Below, piece after piece: positions 36,315 through 40,567 of a stretch of 40,567 nt of DNA. The position numbers and the translations under genes were made by a program. Position 1 is the first letter of the stretch; every line of letters starts with the position of its first letter. Below the pieces are notes generated by a model, which had not been told where the DNA came from, did not search any database, and saw only the letters and a program-made list of their open reading frames with translations. Source of the DNA: Verrucomicrobiales bacterium (GTDB lineage Bacteria; Verrucomicrobiota; Verrucomicrobiia; Methylacidiphilales; JAAUTS01); the NCBI GenBank assembly GCA_031265105.1, contig JAISDC010000230.1, positions 1-40,567 on the forward strand, written 5' to 3'.

Positions 36315-37007
36315 GTGAGCAAACAATTCATCAGCATCGTGGCCTGGGGATTTCTCGTTGGCGGCGCTAACGCGCAGTTAACGCCAACGCAACATGCCGC
36401 GCTGGTTGACGAAATGCGCCAGCTCAGCGCCCGGCGCATTGCCTACAACCAGGGCTGGCAGCCGCCCGGTGCCGCCAAAGCCTGGGCGATGGATTGCTCC
36501 AACACTTCCCGGTACATTTACCAAACCGTCTTCGGCCTGCAACTGCCGCGCACCGCTTCCGACCAATATTACGCCTTGAAACAAGTGAAGCGCATTGTTT
36601 ACGCGCCCCGGCTGGCCAACGGCCGGGTGGACACCGAGGCGCTGCTCAGCCAGTTGCGTTCCGGTGATCTGTTGTTCTGGCAATGGACCTATGACATCGA
36701 GCGCGACCCGCCGATCACGCACGTGATGGTTTATCTCGGCCGCACCGCCGACGGCACGCCGAAAATGGCCGGCTCCGCCAGCCGTTCCAAGGGCGAGCAA
36801 ACCAACCGCGGCGGCGTCAATGTTTATGTCTTTGATCCCAACGCCAGCATGGGCGGGGTGAAAAATATCTTCGGCGACTACATCCGCCGCGGCGAATTCG
36901 TCGGCTTCGGCCGCGTCATCAAGCAGGAACCGATCAGCGGCGCCCAGACCGCTGACAGTGTCGGCGGGTATCGCCAGACTGTACCCGCCGTGATGCGGGT
37001 CAATTGA
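36315..37007 (+). CDS. NlpC/P60 (C40) family cell-wall peptidase, exported
   Basis: Signal peptide, MDCSN, LPRTASDQY, GDLLFW and THVMVYLG. Confidence 0.88.
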   Translation: MSKQFISIVAWGFLVGGANAQLTPTQHAALVDEMRQLSARRIAYNQGWQPPGAAKAWAMDCSNTSRYIYQTVFGLQLPRTASDQYYALKQVKRIVYAPRLANGRVDTEALLSQLRSGDLLFWQWTYDIERDPPITHVMVYLGRTADGTPKMAGSASRSKGEQTNRGGVNVYVFDPNASMGGVKNIFGDYIRRGEFVGFGRVIKQEPISGAQTADSVGGYRQTVPAVMRVN

Positions 37008-37019
37008 TTGTTTTTTTTT

Positions 37020-37138
37020 CACCACCAAGACACGAAGGCACGAAGGTCTTTTTAACGAAATTTAACCGCTGAGGCGCGGAGACGCGGAGGTTTTTTTAAT
37101 TTTTAAAATAAAACTCCGCGTCTCCGCGTCTCTGCGTT
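37020..37138. repeat. Composite repeat: orphan CACGAAGR arm plus a GACGCGGA-periodic hairpin
   Basis: CACCACCAAGACACGAAGGCACGAAGG (37020-37046), then 25-nt inverted arms 37065-37089 and 37114-37138 (3 mismatches) around an A/T spacer. Lies between convergent genes. Confidence 0.88.
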
Positions 37139-37148
37139 GAATGTGCTG

Positions 37149-40100
37149 TTAGAACTGATGCCGGTAGCCGAGGTTCAGGTTCCACGGCACGGTGGTGTGG
37201 TCGCCGAAGATGGCGTCGTATTCCAGGCGCAACTGGTCGAAGGTGGTGATTTGCCACTGGACGCCGGCGCCGCCGAGGAAATACAGGCCGTCGGTATGCA
37301 CGCGCCACACATCGTCAGCGTCGCCGCCGATGTGGACTTTGTTGCCCGCGCTGATTTGCTCCAGCGCGCCGCCGCGCAGATACGGTTGCAAGGTCTGTCC
37401 CTGGTCGCCGAGCTTGAAAGTCCAGCCGCCGCGCACGTTCGCGGCCAACTGGCCAATGTCAGCGGCGTTGACGCGCACGGTCGCCACGTCGCTGGAGTAA
37501 TTGCCGTTGAACAGCCGCAGATACGCGGCCTGCACCGACGGCTCGACAAACGCGCCGCCCGCAAAATCAAAGCGCTTGCCCGCTGACAGTGCCGCGCCGC
37601 CCGCCCAGTTTTTGAAGTCCGCGCGGTCACGGAAATTCACGTCATTGGCGGCGCGCGCGTCGAACGAGTTCTCGGCGTACTGTCCCTTCAGCACCAGGTC
37701 GGCGAACCAGCCCGCCTGATTCAGCCAGGTGCCGTAAAAGCCGCCGTAAAAACTGTTCGTGTCGCCGTCGCCGTTGTTCTTGAAATCATGCCGCGCGCCG
37801 CCGTAGCCGACGAAATAACCGAAGGTCAGCGAGTTGGCGGCGTCGAGCCGCCAGGTCATGTCCGCGCCGAGGTCGATGCCGTAAATCATGTCGGTGAATT
37901 TCTCGACGCCGCTGATGTTGAGCTTCGTGTCGGCCTGGCGCCCGTAGGAACGCGCCCAGAAATCCACGCCGTGATCGCCCTCCTGCCGCCCGTAGGCGAT
38001 GTAGTCCTCGATGCTCTGTTCCGCGCGGAAGCGCGTTTCCGCCAGCCGCCCGCGCAGGCTGTCGAGTTGCGCGAACCATGCCAGCGGCGCCGACGCCGCG
38101 ATGTTCAAAATCGCGTTCGCCGCGCTCATGGTTTTCACGCCGCTGAGCGTCCAGTTTTGCCCGTCGGTCGCCAAGTCATATTTGTACATGCCGGAGTACA
38201 ACGAGCCGCCGTTAAGCGTGAAAGTCGCGCCACTGACACCGCTGATGGTGATAATATCGGTGGCCGCCAGCGCGCCGCCGCTCTTGCCGCTCTTGTCGAT
38301 GAACAGCGTGGTGGCGCCGGAGCTGTCACCGTTGATGAACACGCGGTCAACAATCGGCGCGCCGCCGTCCATGCGCGCGGTCATGTGCAGGGACGAACCG
38401 TCGCCGCCGAGGTAGTCGCCGTACACCGTCAGCGTGCTTTGCGTGTTGCCGTTGCCGAACCGAATCGCACCGAGGTTGGTCACGCCCGCCGAACCGGCGC
38501 GGCCGAATTGCGCGTTCGTGTCGCTGAGGGTGACTTGCGCGCGGAAGGCAATGGTCGTGCTGCCGACGTAGTCGTTGCTCCCGCTGATAACGGTATTGCC
38601 GTTGAAGGTGACGTTCAATTCCTTGGTGCTCGCCAGCGCGCCGAGCCGGACATCGCCGTTCAATTGCAAATCGGGATAATCACCGTCACCGAACGCGAGC
38701 GTGCCGCCGACGTTGAGCCGCGCGCGCCCGTCGTCCACCAGGTTAAGCACCCCGGACGAACCGGCGTTCTGCGCGACGTTCAGGTTGCCGCTGACGGTGA
38801 GTTCGCTGTTATCGATGCGCAACGAGCCGCTACCGACCGGCGCGAAATTCAAGTCACCGTTCACCACCAGCCGGGCGTCCCGTTCGAGAATCACCGTCAC
38901 GTCCGAACCGACACCCTCAGCGACGGTCATGTTATTCACCGTCAGCGTCGAGTTGCGCGAGACGACCGTGGTACCGCTCGCCGCCACGCCACCAGCCAGG
39001 GCAAAGTTACCGACCCTGACCGTGGAGTAACGATCAACACCCAACCACCCCGTCGCGTCCGCGCCTGAGGCCAGCGTCAGATTGCCCGCGGTCAGCGTGG
39101 AATAATCCAACACGTCAAGCGACGCCCACGCATTAGTCCCGGACGCGCCGACGATGTCGCCGGCGAAAATCAGCGTCGAGTGATTGGCCGCGCCCAGCCA
39201 AGCATGGGAGTTTTCGCCGGTTGCCAGATGGTTGGTACCGGTGCCGAGAAATCTTGCGCTGCCGATGTGCAGGCCGAATTGCGTGTAGGAATTTGATCCC
39301 TCGGAAGCATACAGCAAGCCGCTGTTGATGAAGCGCGCACTGACAAAATCCGTGCTCGGCGATTCAATATACACACCACCGCCGCTGTTGTCCAAATGGC
39401 CGATGCTCAAATCACCGTTGTTCGTCCATGATGACGAGTCTTCAACATACACAGCGTAGTACCCGCCGCCGTCATAGCTGATGGTGGCGCTGTTGGTGAC
39501 CAGCGTGCTGTTGTCATACAAATAAATGTGGCCATCCGCGAAGGAACTCCACGTGGAACCATCATCGCCGGACATGTCCAGCGCGCCGCCGACCGTGACC
39601 CGTCCGCTGCCGCTGACGAAGACATAACTGCCCGTGCGAAGGCGTAAGTCGCCATCATTGCGCATGGTCGCCGTGTCGGCGACTTGCAGGATACCGTACG
39701 TATTAATGTAGTTATAAGTGTTGGTTCCGCCGGTGCGAAGACTTTTGCCGGACAACTCCAGCGCGCCGAGATTATGCCACTCGCCGTTGCCGCTAACGGT
39801 GACGTATGCGTCGCCACCGTAGGCCTCCCAAGTGTTGTTGTTAATGAGGGAGCTGTGATCGGTGCCATAAATCCTCGACAGCGCGCCTTCGGTGGTGAAG
39901 GAGCCGTCGCGGATAACAAATTCCGTGCCGGTACCGGAATTGGCGGTGAGCTGGTAGCTGCCGCCGTCCACGAACAAATTGGAAATGAGCACCGGCACGG
40001 TGCTGCTGACGGTGGGATATACCCAACTGTTGGAAATATAGGCGTTATCGTGGTAGCGATTACCTTCATCGCCGGGGATGCCGCTGCGATAATATGAAAT

Positions 40101-40265
40101 GCCATTGTAATTATACCACATGCCTTCGGTGTCCTCCCAGTTCACCCTGTCGCCGATATAAAATGTGCCGGTTGGCCACCATTCATAATCATCCGCTCGC
40201 GCTGACAGTGACAGGGCGCTGACGGCAGCCAGCACCGCGATTTTTCCAAACCAATATTTACTCAT
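37149..40265 (-). CDS. Autotransporter (type Va) outer-membrane protein with Gly/Asn/Ser-rich beta-helical passenger
   Basis: Signal peptide, repetitive passenger, GDYLGGDGS..DRVFINGDSSG autochaperone-like region, and beta-barrel (FWARSYG, VEPSVQ, LQPYLRG) ending LNLGYRHQF. Confidence 0.93.
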   Translation of the reverse strand: MSKYWFGKIAVLAAVSALSLSARADDYEWWPTGTFYIGDRVNWEDTEGMWYNYNGISYYRSGIPGDEGNRYHDNAYISNSWVYPTVSSTVPVLISNLFVDGGSYQLTANSGTGTEFVIRDGSFTTEGALSRIYGTDHSSLINNNTWEAYGGDAYVTVSGNGEWHNLGALELSGKSLRTGGTNTYNYINTYGILQVADTATMRNDGDLRLRTGSYVFVSGSGRVTVGGALDMSGDDGSTWSSFADGHIYLYDNSTLVTNSATISYDGGGYYAVYVEDSSSWTNNGDLSIGHLDNSGGGVYIESPSTDFVSARFINSGLLYASEGSNSYTQFGLHIGSARFLGTGTNHLATGENSHAWLGAANHSTLIFAGDIVGASGTNAWASLDVLDYSTLTAGNLTLASGADATGWLGVDRYSTVRVGNFALAGGVAASGTTVVSRNSTLTVNNMTVAEGVGSDVTVILERDARLVVNGDLNFAPVGSGSLRIDNSELTVSGNLNVAQNAGSSGVLNLVDDGRARLNVGGTLAFGDGDYPDLQLNGDVRLGALASTKELNVTFNGNTVISGSNDYVGSTTIAFRAQVTLSDTNAQFGRAGSAGVTNLGAIRFGNGNTQSTLTVYGDYLGGDGSSLHMTARMDGGAPIVDRVFINGDSSGATTLFIDKSGKSGGALAATDIITISGVSGATFTLNGGSLYSGMYKYDLATDGQNWTLSGVKTMSAANAILNIAASAPLAWFAQLDSLRGRLAETRFRAEQSIEDYIAYGRQEGDHGVDFWARSYGRQADTKLNISGVEKFTDMIYGIDLGADMTWRLDAANSLTFGYFVGYGGARHDFKNNGDGDTNSFYGGFYGTWLNQAGWFADLVLKGQYAENSFDARAANDVNFRDRADFKNWAGGAALSAGKRFDFAGGAFVEPSVQAAYLRLFNGNYSSDVATVRVNAADIGQLAANVRGGWTFKLGDQGQTLQPYLRGGALEQISAGNKVHIGGDADDVWRVHTDGLYFLGGAGVQWQITTFDQLRLEYDAIFGDHTTVPWNLNLGYRHQF

Positions 40266-40387
40266 AACCAAGGGTTCCGTTGTTTTATATTCGTGGCGTC
40301 ACAGACGCGACAATGCCGAAGATAGCAAAGTCATCCAAGCTGACAACATTTTATTTGGCGTCTCGTCATATTTTACCGAGTGTTTTT

Positions 40388-40471
40388 TTTAACCACGGAT
40401 GGACACGAATGGACACGGATTATTTTTTTGTTTTAAATATCCGTGTTCATCGGTGTCCATCCGTGGTTAAA
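40388..40471. repeat. Hairpin element with 10-nt-periodic arms (GGACACGGAT family)
   Basis: 33-nt arms at 40388-40420 and 40439-40471 (3 mismatches) around an 18-nt A/T-rich spacer. Confidence 0.9.
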
Positions 40472-40566
40472 CAACGCTCGGCCCGGTACAGCTGCCACGA
40501 GTTCCACAGGTTGTGCCACAGCACGTAGAACGTCGGGCCGAGCGCCACCAGCGGGTTGGCGTACAC
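40447..40566 (-). CDS. 3' end of a membrane transporter, possibly bile acid:sodium symporter family (partial)
   Basis: Minus frame reads VYANPLVALGPTFYVLWHNLWNSWQLYRAERCLTTDGHR*. The stop lies inside the repeat arm. Confidence 0.55.
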   Translation of the reverse strand: MYANPLVALGPTFYVLWHNLWNSWQLYRAERCLTTDGHR

Positions 40567-40567
40567 C

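Larger units (their letters stand above)
913..40210. repeat. Dispersed 11-12-mer (C)CGCTGACGGTG / CACCGTCAGCG(G), DNA-uptake-sequence-like
   Basis: At least 27 exact 11-mer copies counted by eye (17 on +, 10 on -), plus at least 25 single-transition variants. The repeat itself is certain; its function is inferred. Confidence 0.9.

Noticed and set aside
913-40210. 11-mer as Chi, KOPS, HIP1 or a restriction/methylation site
   Set aside because: It occurs on both strands (17 vs 10) rather than strongly polarised, is non-palindromic, and is longer than typical methylase sites. Not fully excluded without whole-genome data.
1-40567. tRNA, rRNA, riboswitch or prophage genes
   Set aside because: None recognised by eye. 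A covariance-model scan would be needed to exclude small RNAs.

Overview
This is a 40.6 kb chromosomal window from a GC-rich bacterium. It is most likely Verrucomicrobiota, inferred from the GroEL 'TVSANWD' segment and the dnaK-groES-groEL order; this was not checked by search. The backbone carries housekeeping genes (cysS, obgE, tonB/exbB/exbD, folB, metF, ilvB, rplM-rpsI, dnaK-groES-groEL), two surface-glycan glycosyltransferase clusters, an NlpC/P60 peptidase and a 1,038-aa autotransporter. It is interrupted by three IS elements, an AT-rich sulfatase, four toxin-antitoxin-like pairs and small selfish cassettes (GxxExxY, KilA-N, YhcG). Four non-genic signals stand out. (1) The non-palindromic 11-mer CGCTGACGGTG occurs exactly at least 27 times, plus dozens of near-copies, on both strands and mostly inside core genes, but not in IS or foreign DNA. 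This is the signature of a DNA-uptake-sequence-like motif. (2) The KilA-N and YhcG genes each carry a long palindrome at the segment that varies in their families, and a same-length alternative KilA-N-type palindrome lies just upstream of the KilA-N gene. (3) These cassettes sit in a tandem array between dnaK and groES, delimited by three 41-bp hairpin repeats, two of which run into copies of the dnaK 3' end. (4) A GxxExxY nuclease-like gene is bracketed by periodic inverted repeats whose gene-less relatives are dispersed through the window. All counts are by eye; functional interpretations are hypotheses.
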